From: a virus
Taxonomy: Duplodnaviria; Caudoviricetes
Direction: 5' to 3' (one strand)
IMG/VR virus record: IMGVR_UViG_3300028840_007436
Span: 1 to 47,301 of that record
Length of the DNA stretch: 47,301 nucleotides
Of the stretch, positions 29,921-38,816 are shown one piece after another (the stretch's first letter is position 1; every line of letters begins with the position of its first letter). The translations under genes were made by a program, and so were the position numbers. The notes beneath the pieces were generated by a model, which did not search any database, was not told the DNA's origin, and saw nothing but the letters and a program-made list of their open reading frames with translations.

Positions 29921-29952
29921 AAAAGGTTATGGAAAATTTTCCATAACCTTTT
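29921..29952. repeat. Dispersed palindrome copy 10 (core 29926-29947)
   Basis: AAAAGGTTATGGAAAATTTTCCATAACCTTTT. Confidence 0.95.
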
Positions 29953-29965
29953 TGAAGGAGGGAAA

Positions 29966-30346
29966 ATGGCTGGTATGTCTCCGACTCAAAGGACAATTAA
30001 AGCGCTCAGAGATCAAGGTCTAAAATGTGCTATTGTCGAAAAATTCAATGCTTATGTAGGCCAGCATGGAGTTCGTCAGGATTTGTTCGGAATTATTGAT
30101 ATTATTGCTCTTGACCCTGAAAAAGGTATTGTTGGTATCCAGTCTACAGGGTCGGCTTTTTCTGAGCATTTAAGGAAAATCCTTGTTGAAAGAGCGCAAG
30201 ATACTATAGATTGGCTCAAAACGCCTGGAACGTCCTTATATTTGTATGGCTGGAGAAAAATAAAAAGAAAGCGAGGCGGTAAGCAAATGGTTTGGAAGCC
30301 TCGAATACAAGAGATAACTTTAGAAGATGTTTATGCTGTTGAATAA
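29966..30346 (+). CDS. Putative PD-(D/E)xK nuclease (resolvase-like)
   Basis: SPTQRTIKALR, DLFGIIDIIAL, GIQST. Confidence 0.55.
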   Translation: MAGMSPTQRTIKALRDQGLKCAIVEKFNAYVGQHGVRQDLFGIIDIIALDPEKGIVGIQSTGSAFSEHLRKILVERAQDTIDWLKTPGTSLYLYGWRKIKRKRGGKQMVWKPRIQEITLEDVYAVE

Positions 30347-30400
30347 TAAAAAATCCTTTTAGGTGTTCGTTTCTCCCTATTTTTAACACCTATCCCCCTG

Positions 30401-30436
30401 GAAAGCCCCTTGTATTTGCAAGGGGCTTTCTATTTT
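30401..30436. terminator. Terminator between convergent genes
   Basis: GAAAGCCCCTTG...CAAGGGGCTTTC. Confidence 0.75.
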
Positions 30437-30878
30437 AAACGAAAACAAGGTTAGCTTCGATATTTAAAACTTCTTCCCCTTGAACGATTATCAATCCTTG
30501 AGTGTTTTTGTCATGTTTAAAAAAAACATTGTGAAAAAAATCACATTCCTCTGTGTCTTTTCTTCGTAATAAATCGTCTGTGCTTTGCATGTAGGTTTTT
30601 ATAAATGATTTATTTGACAGGATTTTGTTTTGTGACTGATATGTCTGCCAGAGCATGTCATTGTTTTGTTTGATTTTTTCCCATTTTATTTTTTTTCCAT
30701 AAAACATATCCCTGTCAAAACTGAAGATAAAGATATGATTTGGGCTTATCATGATTGCAAATTGGAAAAAGAATCCTTTTTGCTGAATAAAGAAGTGATC
30801 TAGATCCTTAGAAAATCTAAGGAAATAATTGGTGTCAAGGTAATCGATTGTTGAAGTGGCTGTCTTGTAGGAAATCAT
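30435..30878 (-). CDS. Hypothetical protein
   Basis: 147 aa; GGAG RBS. Confidence 0.55.
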   Translation of the reverse strand: MISYKTATSTIDYLDTNYFLRFSKDLDHFFIQQKGFFFQFAIMISPNHIFIFSFDRDMFYGKKIKWEKIKQNNDMLWQTYQSQNKILSNKSFIKTYMQSTDDLLRRKDTEECDFFHNVFFKHDKNTQGLIIVQGEEVLNIEANLVFV

Positions 30879-31241
30879 TGGTTTTTTCTCCGTAACAGTG
30901 TTTTGTGGTTTAAGGTTGACATTCAGGTTGAGTTTGATGGCATTAAAGTTATAAAAAAGTAAAAAATAGTCAAGAAAAAAATTAATAAAAAAAATAAATA
31001 ATAATAAAAAAAAGTAATTAATTGCTTTATTGGGATATTTATATTGATTTATAATATGTTGATTTAAAAGATAATTGATTAATATAAAAATTGATTAAAA
31101 AACAGCATATTAAAGTAAGTTATTATCAGATAAAAATAAATAATAAGTTATTTTTTATGGTTTTTTTTGTGATTTTGAAATGGAGTATTTAATTGATATT
31201 TAAAAGATGTTGTTTGGAAAATTACTTTTTAAGGGATGGTT

Positions 31242-31682
31242 TTATTTGCTATCTTTGGTGCTTTCTTCACCTATTATTTGAGGGTCTTCTGCCATAGCTT
31301 TGATTGTCTCTATTAATATTCTTTTCATGTTCAGCTTGGCTGCATGATTGATCATATCATAGTAATCCCTTAGCTTTGGCAACATAGTAAAGACCTCTTT
31401 TCTTACTGTATATTGCTTAGGCATTTCGGTTATAATTTGATCCTGTTCGTTTGTCAGATCCTTTGGTGTTATTTCTAATATTTCAGCAAGACATTGGATG
31501 TCTCTTGGCGAAGGCGGTTGTATTCCAGATTCAAACTTATTTATTCTTGCGTAAGGCGCTTTAAAGTTTGGAAAAGCTAAGTTTCCAAGGTCTGTCTGGC
31601 TAAAACCCCTTAATTTCCTATAATATCGGAGATTCTCTCCGATTGTATTATTTTCTTTTTGTTTGGATATTTTTAGAGGCAT
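31242..31682 (-). CDS. XRE-family HTH repressor, divergent from the que operon
   Basis: IGENLRYYRKLRGFSQTDLG...INKFESG...LAEILEI. Confidence 0.85.
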   Translation of the reverse strand: MPLKISKQKENNTIGENLRYYRKLRGFSQTDLGNLAFPNFKAPYARINKFESGIQPPSPRDIQCLAEILEITPKDLTNEQDQIITEMPKQYTVRKEVFTMLPKLRDYYDMINHAAKLNMKRILIETIKAMAEDPQIIGEESTKDSK

Positions 31683-31854
31683 AGTTTTTGTCTAACTTTA
31701 AAAATTAATTTTTTTTATTTTTATATCTTAAAAATAATTTTTTTGTAAGGTTATTTTTTATTTAATTTATTTTTTCTTGACAGAAAATAGAGTTTAGCGG
31801 ATATTAATTAATTAATTAATTACTTAGTTTATTAAGGAGCCAAAAGGAGCCAAT

Positions 31855-32193
31855 ATGTATTACAGAATTATTAAAACCTTTGAGGTTGCTGCCAGCCATT
31901 GCCTTAATCTTGATTACCCTAGTAAGTGTAAGACCCCACATGGTCATAATTTTATGATTACAGTCCATTGCGAGTCAGAAGAGCTAGATAAAAACGGTAT
32001 GGTAATTGATTTTTCTGAGGTTAAGAAAAAAATTTCGAGCAAGATAGATCATAAACATCTTAATACACTTTTTGATTTTAACCCTACTGCGGAAAATTTA
32101 GCAGAGTGGATCTGCGATGAGTTGGGAGATAAATGTTACAGAGTTGACGTACAAGAGAGTGAGGGCAATGTCGCTTCCTATTTTAGAGACTAA
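31855..32193 (+). CDS. queD: 6-carboxytetrahydropterin synthase
   Basis: ASHCL, CKTPHGHNF, GMVIDF, DHKHLN, PTAENLA. Confidence 0.95.
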   Translation: MYYRIIKTFEVAASHCLNLDYPSKCKTPHGHNFMITVHCESEELDKNGMVIDFSEVKKKISSKIDHKHLNTLFDFNPTAENLAEWICDELGDKCYRVDVQESEGNVASYFRD

Positions 32194-32788
32194 ATATCCA
32201 GTTGTCGAAATTTTTAAATCTTATCAAATGGAAGGTTTTAATCAAGGAAAAGAGGTTGTTTTTGTTCGTTTTGCTGGTTGTAATTTAGAGTGTGCCTGGT
32301 GTGATACCGATTATTCTAAAGCGTTTGAGATGTCAATTCCAGAGATAATAGATGTTATTTCTGATTTTGGCCTTTTTGATATTGTCATTACAGGTGGCGA
32401 GCCTACTATACATAATTTAGAGCAGTTCTTGAAAGCGTTGAAGATGTTTAAATCTTGGATTGCAATTGAAACTAATGGCACTAATAAAATTCCTGCAAGA
32501 ATTTCTAGATATCTTGATTATATCTCTGTTTCCCCTAAGAGTTGCTCTGTTAATGTTTTTCAAGCAAATGAAGTAAGGATCCCTGTAGATGGTGGGAGTT
32601 TCACTATTGAGTATCTAAAGCGCATCCAAAGATTAATTGAGGCAGATCGCTATTATCTTTCCCCAGTTGAAAGAGATGGAAAATTTGAGTTTATATCAGC
32701 GGTTACTTTGCTAAATCAGATAAATGGAGAGGTTGATAAGAAATGGAGATTAAGCCTGCAAACACACAAGCTATTAGGAATTCGGTAG
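32117..32788 (+). CDS. queE: 7-carboxy-7-deazaguanine synthase (radical SAM)
   Basis: EIFKSYQMEG, FVRFAGCNLECAWCDT, TGGEP, ETNG, SPK, SLQTHK; probable start at MSLPIL. Confidence 0.95.
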   Translation: MSWEINVTELTYKRVRAMSLPILETKYPVVEIFKSYQMEGFNQGKEVVFVRFAGCNLECAWCDTDYSKAFEMSIPEIIDVISDFGLFDIVITGGEPTIHNLEQFLKALKMFKSWIAIETNGTNKIPARISRYLDYISVSPKSCSVNVFQANEVRIPVDGGSFTIEYLKRIQRLIEADRYYLSPVERDGKFEFISAVTLLNQINGEVDKKWRLSLQTHKLLGIR

Positions 32789-34002
32789 GTACGATAAAGT
32801 GTGAAGTATGCGGTAAGAATTTCAGAAGGATTACCAATACCCATTTAAAGTCACATAATATGACTATGGCTGAATATCAGTCTAAGTATCCAGATTCTCC
32901 AATTGATTGTGATGGGCTGGCGCATAGTCGTGTGTCTCATTTACGAGGAAAAACATATAGCGAGGTATATGGTGAATCTAAATCTTTTGAATTGAAATCT
33001 TTAAGGTCAGACAATGCAGATAAACAATGGAAGAGTAATGAAAAAAACCTGCGAGTTAAAGAGCTGGCGTTAATTCGAAAAAATGATCGGAAGTTACAAA
33101 AAAAACTTAAGAGAATGCGTAAGTATGGAGAACATAGAGAAAGCCGCGTCTGTAAACAATGTGGAAATGTTTTTATTTATAAGATTGGGAATCATACTAA
33201 TGGTTCTTTTTGTAGCAAGGCATGTTTTCATCAGTTCGCAAAGGAAAATGCATCTAATTACAGAATTAAAGCCTTAGCATTGTTGCCTAATGAATGTTTT
33301 TTTTGCGGTAATGGTGAAAAACTTTATGTTCGTCATATTGATGGTGATCGTTTCAATAACGATATTGAGAATTTGCAGATTCTTTGCGCTCGCTGTCATG
33401 CAAAGATACATAAGGAAGATATTAGAAAATCAAGAGAAGCAAAATTTGCTGAAAGGAAGTTGCTTCGCGGTATTCGTGATATATTAACTGCAATGAATCT
33501 TGATTTGTCTGATCCTAATTTTAAACATACTCCCTTCAGAATCCTACAGAGTTTTTATGAAATATTTGAAGGTCTTTATAACGAAGAAGAAATAGAGGAA
33601 ATATTGTCAACAAGTTTCCCTTCAAATTACGAAGGTATTGTTCTTGCAGATAATATTGAGTGCTTTTCTATGTGTCCTCACCACTTTTTGCCTGTTCAAT
33701 ACACAATAAATCTTGGCTATATCTCTATGCAGAAAATGATTGGCTTGTCCAAGTTGCCCAGATTGGCTGAGTTGTTAGCAAAAAGGCCCGTTTTACAGGA
33801 AACTCTAACGGCAGAGTTGGCAGATGTTTTATATGAAACTTTAGATGCTGATGGTGTTATGTGTGTAGTTGAAGGTCAGCATATGTGTATGACTATGCGA
33901 GGTGTTAAGCAGAGGTCTGCCTCTGTAATTACTTCTGCAATCAGAGGAACTTTTAAAGACTACAATGTTCGTACTGAGTTTTTGAGGTTAATAGGAAAAT
34001 GA
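32743..34002 (+). CDS. folE: GTP cyclohydrolase I with N-terminal zinc fingers and an HNH domain
   Basis: TPFR, SMCPHHFLP, GLSKLPR, QE.LT, HMCMTMRGV; N-terminal HIDGDRFNNDIENLQILCARCH. Confidence 0.9.
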   Translation: MEIKPANTQAIRNSVGTIKCEVCGKNFRRITNTHLKSHNMTMAEYQSKYPDSPIDCDGLAHSRVSHLRGKTYSEVYGESKSFELKSLRSDNADKQWKSNEKNLRVKELALIRKNDRKLQKKLKRMRKYGEHRESRVCKQCGNVFIYKIGNHTNGSFCSKACFHQFAKENASNYRIKALALLPNECFFCGNGEKLYVRHIDGDRFNNDIENLQILCARCHAKIHKEDIRKSREAKFAERKLLRGIRDILTAMNLDLSDPNFKHTPFRILQSFYEIFEGLYNEEEIEEILSTSFPSNYEGIVLADNIECFSMCPHHFLPVQYTINLGYISMQKMIGLSKLPRLAELLAKRPVLQETLTAELADVLYETLDADGVMCVVEGQHMCMTMRGVKQRSASVITSAIRGTFKDYNVRTEFLRLIGK

Positions 34003-34409
34003 AACTTAAACTTAAACTTAGACACTCTGACGTTCCGATCATTCCAGTTGTTGTCTCGTATTGTTTGATGAATAATGTCAATTCATTAACAATTGGGGCC
34101 TGGGCAGTAACTTTTCGCAAAGATGGACCTGTATTTTCGTTTTTCCTGAAACCGTCTACCAGAACTTATGATCTTATTGCTGAAGGCTTTTTGCTCAAAG
34201 TGTATCAGGATTCTGATTACATGCGCTTTTCCAGATCAATTGATAAGTCACAGTTCCACATTGACAATCTTTTTTTGGAGGCAGAGGTTTTCAGGGTTAC
34301 TAATTTAGATGAATATCGTTTAATAGAGGCTAAGGTTCTATGTTGTTACCAGATCGAGTATTTTCAGACTCTATGCAGAGGTAGAAATGAAAAAATTAGT
34401 CTTACTTAG
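33999..34409 (+). CDS. Hypothetical protein within the que cluster
   Basis: 136 aa; overlaps folE and queC. Confidence 0.5.
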   Translation: MKLKLKLRHSDVPIIPVVVSYCLMNNVNSLTIGAWAVTFRKDGPVFSFFLKPSTRTYDLIAEGFLLKVYQDSDYMRFSRSIDKSQFHIDNLFLEAEVFRVTNLDEYRLIEAKVLCCYQIEYFQTLCRGRNEKISLT

Positions 34410-35832
34410 CGGAGGTGTAGACAGCAAAGTCCTTTTGCATAGGGTTGTTAAAAAATTTGGTAGTGAAAATGTTTATGCTTTGTTTTTTGCTATGCCTAAT
34501 AACAGATCTCATCTGACTTATGCTTCACAGCACGCAAAACAATATAGTGTTGAGTTTTTTATTTATTCTGTGGATATCTATAATAGTAACAATGAGATAC
34601 CTTTTAGAAATGCAGCTTTTATTTCTTTATCTCTGTATTTTGCTAAGATAAAAGAGTGCGATGAGATTTATATGGCCATTAAACGAGCTGGCCAGCATTA
34701 CTTGATGAAGACATGGTATGACTGTTCAGAGGCGTTTGTTAGGGATGTTAATGCGATTGCTGAAGCAGGTGGGCTTTCGGTTATTGCCCCTTTTGTTTCT
34801 TGGTCTACAAGAGATGTTTTTGAATATGCTAAGGAAGAGTTGGTTGATATTTCTGATTGCATATCATGTGATTTTGCTATTGCAGACAAGCACTGTGGTG
34901 TTTGTGGCAAATGCCTTGAAACAGCTTATGAGGCACAGCAATCAGGTCTTAAAACGGCAATAGAGGCAGATGTCTCCAGTTATTTTAGAATTGAGGAATT
35001 TCGTTTATATATAAATAATCTGTGTCAGAAGAATTGCAGTTTTTGTAGTTATGATCATCTTAGAAAAAAGCCTGACTATATGGATTTAGATTTTTTTTCA
35101 ACTTATGTCATTCCGAAAATTTTAAAATGGGATATTCGCAGTGTTATGATTAGTGGCAGAGAGCCTCTATATAATATTCAGCATTTTGAGAAAATTATAA
35201 CATCTCTGCGCTATCTGTATCATAAGAAAATCTATATCAATACCAATGGGATAAACCTTAAATATCTGAGTTGTAGTAACAACATAGATAAAATCTATTT
35301 ATCCCTCAATTATAAACACTTTGATATCTGTGAACTCAGTAATGCTCTGAAAAAAAAGATTACTTTATATTTTGTTCCTACCGAACCTATTGGCTATGAA
35401 TATTTGAAAAAAATTTATTTAGAGGGATATTTAGATCAGGGTGTTGATTCTATTTATCTACGTATGCCTATCTCTGTTGAGACAAGACCTTTTGTTAACG
35501 ATAAAACCAATTATCTAAATTGGTTGACGTATTTAAGCAAAATTGGGTTTACAGTTGAACCTCCATTTACTCATGATTCCTGTCAGCGATATAGAAGAAA
35601 TCTGACTATCCTTACAGATGGTGAGGTTTTGCCTTGCGCTAAGGACAGTTATAAAGAAATTTATGCAGGTTCTAATTATAATATAGAGGATCTGACTTTA
35701 GATATGTTGATGGGTGTTCCTGCCAGAAAGCAACTGTGTCCGATAATGGCTCAGGAGCAGCAAAATAGGATTAAATATGAGAGTTTTTTTGGCGACTGCC
35801 GAATCAGTCAGAAGCAGAGTCTATCTGCTTAA
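34387..35832 (+). CDS. queC: QueC-like preQ0 synthase fused to a radical SAM domain
   Basis: LSGGVDS, IPFRN, DCS..F, SC..HCGVCGKC; then CQKNCSFC, SGREPL, NTNG, TDGEVLPC. Confidence 0.85.
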   Translation: MKKLVLLSGGVDSKVLLHRVVKKFGSENVYALFFAMPNNRSHLTYASQHAKQYSVEFFIYSVDIYNSNNEIPFRNAAFISLSLYFAKIKECDEIYMAIKRAGQHYLMKTWYDCSEAFVRDVNAIAEAGGLSVIAPFVSWSTRDVFEYAKEELVDISDCISCDFAIADKHCGVCGKCLETAYEAQQSGLKTAIEADVSSYFRIEEFRLYINNLCQKNCSFCSYDHLRKKPDYMDLDFFSTYVIPKILKWDIRSVMISGREPLYNIQHFEKIITSLRYLYHKKIYINTNGINLKYLSCSNNIDKIYLSLNYKHFDICELSNALKKKITLYFVPTEPIGYEYLKKIYLEGYLDQGVDSIYLRMPISVETRPFVNDKTNYLNWLTYLSKIGFTVEPPFTHDSCQRYRRNLTILTDGEVLPCAKDSYKEIYAGSNYNIEDLTLDMLMGVPARKQLCPIMAQEQQNRIKYESFFGDCRISQKQSLSA

Positions 35833-36595
35833 ACACAATGTTCAGAACGTTTTATTTTCGTATCATATCATGAACAAGGGCAAGTTTGGCATTAACAATT
35901 ATGAAGCCGCAGATAAGCTCTTGTTTGATTTTAAAGGCAAGACAATTTTTTGTGATTCAGGGGCAGCCACTCTGCAAAAAGGGGTTACTCCAAAACAGTT
36001 TGATGACGTAGTTGTTGCTTATGGTGAGTTCCTCAAGAGATACTCTAAGCATTTTATCGGCTGTGCAGAGATGGATATATACAATCTGTTTCCAAAGGAA
36101 AAGATTCAAGAGGTGCGAAGGTATTTAGAGCAATTCTGCAATAATTTGATCCCTGTCTGGCATGTTAATATGGGTCTGAAAGACTGGAAGGCGTTTCTTG
36201 ATAATTATTCTTATGTAGCAGTAGGCATCACGAAGTTGGTTAAGGAGCCTGTTTTATTCAGATTGGTTAGGTTGGCTTACGAGGCTGGTGTGAAGGTTCA
36301 TGGCTTTGCTGTCACTACTAATGAAAAAATGATCAATATCCCTTTTTTTTCGGTAGACAGTTCAACTTGGATTAATGGGGATAAGTATGGAGAATATCAA
36401 GAATATGTGAATGGCAAAGTCATGAAATTCAAGAATGTACGAGCTAAAGAGAATATTAAAAGACGAAAGATCGAGCATGTTAATGTTTTTCTTAAGCCAA
36501 GCTTGAAGACGGAAAGAAATTTACTTGCCTTTCAGAAACTTGAAAAACACGTAACAAAATTATGGGCTAAGAGAGGAGTCGTTTGGGATGGCTAA
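35777..36595 (+). CDS. DpdA-like TGT-fold DNA 7-deazaguanine transglycosylase (putative)
   Basis: DSGA, IPVWH, KVHGFA, PFFSVDSSTW; directly after the preQ0 synthesis genes. Confidence 0.75.
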   Translation: MRVFLATAESVRSRVYLLKHNVQNVLFSYHIMNKGKFGINNYEAADKLLFDFKGKTIFCDSGAATLQKGVTPKQFDDVVVAYGEFLKRYSKHFIGCAEMDIYNLFPKEKIQEVRRYLEQFCNNLIPVWHVNMGLKDWKAFLDNYSYVAVGITKLVKEPVLFRLVRLAYEAGVKVHGFAVTTNEKMINIPFFSVDSSTWINGDKYGEYQEYVNGKVMKFKNVRAKENIKRRKIEHVNVFLKPSLKTERNLLAFQKLEKHVTKLWAKRGVVWDG

Positions 36596-37175
36596 AAAAA
36601 AGACAGATTCTTTATTTAAAAATTTTAAAGAGATTGCACTTGATAAGATAGCTACAGCCGATTGGAATTATAAAACAGATGATCCAGTTCTCTTAGAGAA
36701 GCTGGTAAATAATATTAAAACAAATGGTCAAATTGAGAATTTATTGGTTAGGAAGCTTGAAACTGGGTTTTATCAGTGTGTAAACGGCAATCATCGTATA
36801 GCTGCTTTGAATAAATTAGGAATTAAAACGGCAGTTTGTTATGATCTTGGAGATATATCTGATTACCAGGCTAAGCGTATAGCTATAGAGACGAATGAAA
36901 CAAAATTTGAGACAGATCAAGTTAAGTTGGCTGAGTTGATTGACGAGTTAAATTCTAAATATTCAATTGAGGAACTTTCTCAAACCATGCCCTACACTGG
37001 CGAAGAGATACAGGCGTTTAAGGATATGTTAGATTTTGACTTTTCGGAGTATGATACAGCAACAGACAATGACATAGATTCTGGTTCTGAAAAGGAAGAC
37101 AACAGTGAATTGTTTGAAATCGAATGTCCTCACTGTGGGGAGAAAATTTCTTTGATAGGTCAGGAAGTTGTTTGA
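36588..37175 (+). CDS. ParB/Srx-like domain protein associated with the modification cluster
   Basis: L.NNIKTNGQIENLLVR, VNGNHRIAAL; C-terminal CPHCG. Confidence 0.8.
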   Translation: MAKKKTDSLFKNFKEIALDKIATADWNYKTDDPVLLEKLVNNIKTNGQIENLLVRKLETGFYQCVNGNHRIAALNKLGIKTAVCYDLGDISDYQAKRIAIETNETKFETDQVKLAELIDELNSKYSIEELSQTMPYTGEEIQAFKDMLDFDFSEYDTATDNDIDSGSEKEDNSELFEIECPHCGEKISLIGQEVV

Positions 37176-37218
37176 GAATGTAAAATAACGATTTGAGTGC
37201 TTAATTTTTTTTATTACT

Positions 37219-37730
37219 AAAACAGGTTATGGAAAATTTTCCATAACCTGTTTTTGTTTTTAGATTCTGAAGTTATATAAATAATTGAAAAAAATTCATA
37301 TCATTTAAAAAAAACTGTTGACATAAAAAAGACAATATGCGATAAGTAGTTTAAGTTAGACGAAAAAACAATCAAACAGGTAAAAAAGGGGAGATAGACA
37401 TGATTAAATTTGTTATTCGCTATGATGAAAAAGCCAAAGCAAACTCAAAAAGATGCAATCATGAAATGAAAGTTTCCGAATATACTTTGGCTCAAGAGTG
37501 TGTAGAAATATTAAGAGAACAGGGATATAAATCAATTCATTTAATGGCTAAATAAAATAAAAACAAGTTATGGAAAAGTTTCCATAACCTGTTTTTGTTT
37601 TTAGATTCTGAAGTTATATAAATAATTGAAAAAAATTCATATCATTTAAAAAAAACTGTTGACATAAAAAAGACAATATGCGATAAGTAGTTTAAGTTAG
37701 ACGAAAAAAACAACAAACAGGTAAAAAAGG
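37219..37730 (+). repeat. About 171-bp direct repeat (37219-37389 and 37560-37730) containing palindrome copies 11 and 12 and a sigma70-like promoter
   Basis: Near-identical blocks offset by 341 bp; cores at 37226 and 37567; TTGACA-N17-GATAAG at 37318 and 37659. Confidence 0.92.
37400..37555 (+). CDS. 51 aa hypothetical protein between the direct repeats (absent from the ORF track)
   Basis: GGGGAG RBS; MIKFVIRYDEK...HLMAK*. Confidence 0.65.
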   Translation: MIKFVIRYDEKAKANSKRCNHEMKVSEYTLAQECVEILREQGYKSIHLMAK

Positions 37731-37745
37731 AAACGATTAATTTTT

Positions 37746-37780
37746 TTGCCAAATAAATAGTAAAAATTTTAAATAATATA
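37746..37780 (+). promoter_or_regulatory. Phage-specific promoter-like motif
   Basis: TTGCCAAATAAATAGTAAAAATTTTAAATAATATA. Confidence 0.55.
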
Positions 37781-37826
37781 TAAACGATTAAACTAAACAC
37801 TTACATAATTTAAAGGAGATAACATC

Positions 37827-38681
37827 ATGGCTAATACAGCAATCACTGAACTCATAGTAAATCCAGTTAATGAGAAAATTTATGGCACTAACGTTTCAGG
37901 TATAGAGTTTGATACTTTGGTGGAAAGTATCAGGATTCAAGGGATTATTAGTCCGATTGTCATAACGAAAGAGAAAAAGATTCTCTCTGGCCACAGACGA
38001 TACTTTGCAGCGAAGCAATTGGGACTTTCAAAAGTGCCGACAGTGGTAAAAAATGGGTTTAAAGATGAGTTTGAAGAGATGGAAGCGATTTTAGAAAGCA
38101 ACAAGCACCGTGACAAAACTAACGAACAAAAAGCAAACGAGTACGTTATGTATCGCACTCTCGAAACTGCCAAAGCAAAAAAACGTCAAGCGGCAGCAGG
38201 CAAAAAAAAATCTAATGATGAAAACAAAGAAGGGATTAGCGAAGGGGCAGCCAGAGACTTGGCAGCCAAAAATATTAACTGGTCTGGTAAGACCGCTGAT
38301 GCAGCCGTAAAAGTTGTTGGTGTCATTTCTCAGTTAACTGAGAAAAAAATGGAAGATGAGGCCGAAAAACTCAGAGAAGAATTGAACAAAAGTGTTAACA
38401 AAGCCAATAAGTCAGCCAAAATAATCTTGGATCGCTTGGAAGGTAAGGAAACTGAGGAATTGCCGCCTGCCGAAAAAACCGAAGACATGAAAAAAATTGC
38501 CAAGAGGGTTAAGAGATATGCTGAAAAGATTGCCTCAGATTTGGTCTATGTCAAAATGGATGAGCTTACCACAAAAAATAAATTTAAAAACGATCTGAAA
38601 ACAGCCTTGACACTTCTTGAAAAGGAAGTTGGGGACTGGTTAGACAACAATCCTTTTGAAATGCCAGGAACAAAAAAATAA
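37827..38681 (+). CDS. ParB N-terminal domain protein
   Basis: LVESIRIQGIISPIVI, ILSGHRRYFAAKQLG, ESNKHR; HTH-like ARDLAAKNINWSGKT. Confidence 0.85.
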   Translation: MANTAITELIVNPVNEKIYGTNVSGIEFDTLVESIRIQGIISPIVITKEKKILSGHRRYFAAKQLGLSKVPTVVKNGFKDEFEEMEAILESNKHRDKTNEQKANEYVMYRTLETAKAKKRQAAAGKKKSNDENKEGISEGAARDLAAKNINWSGKTADAAVKVVGVISQLTEKKMEDEAEKLREELNKSVNKANKSAKIILDRLEGKETEELPPAEKTEDMKKIAKRVKRYAEKIASDLVYVKMDELTTKNKFKNDLKTALTLLEKEVGDWLDNNPFEMPGTKK

Positions 38682-38688
38682 AACACCA

Positions 38689-38709
38689 AGAGGGGGTAAA
38701 CCCCCTCTC
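38689..38709 (+). terminator. Hairpin, probable terminator
   Basis: AGAGGGGG-TAAA-CCCCCTCT. Confidence 0.55.
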
Positions 38710-38816
38710 ACTTCTTTGTATGCGCTACAAGCGATTTAAAGGCTTAAGGCATATAAAGATATTCGTTAGCAATAAAAATGCAATAGAGACGATCTCATGC
38801 AATCTAAGGGGGTATT

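Noticed and set aside
31833-31852. Tandem AAGGAGCCAA duplication before queD
   Set aside because: A simple 10-bp duplication of the RBS with no evidence of further function
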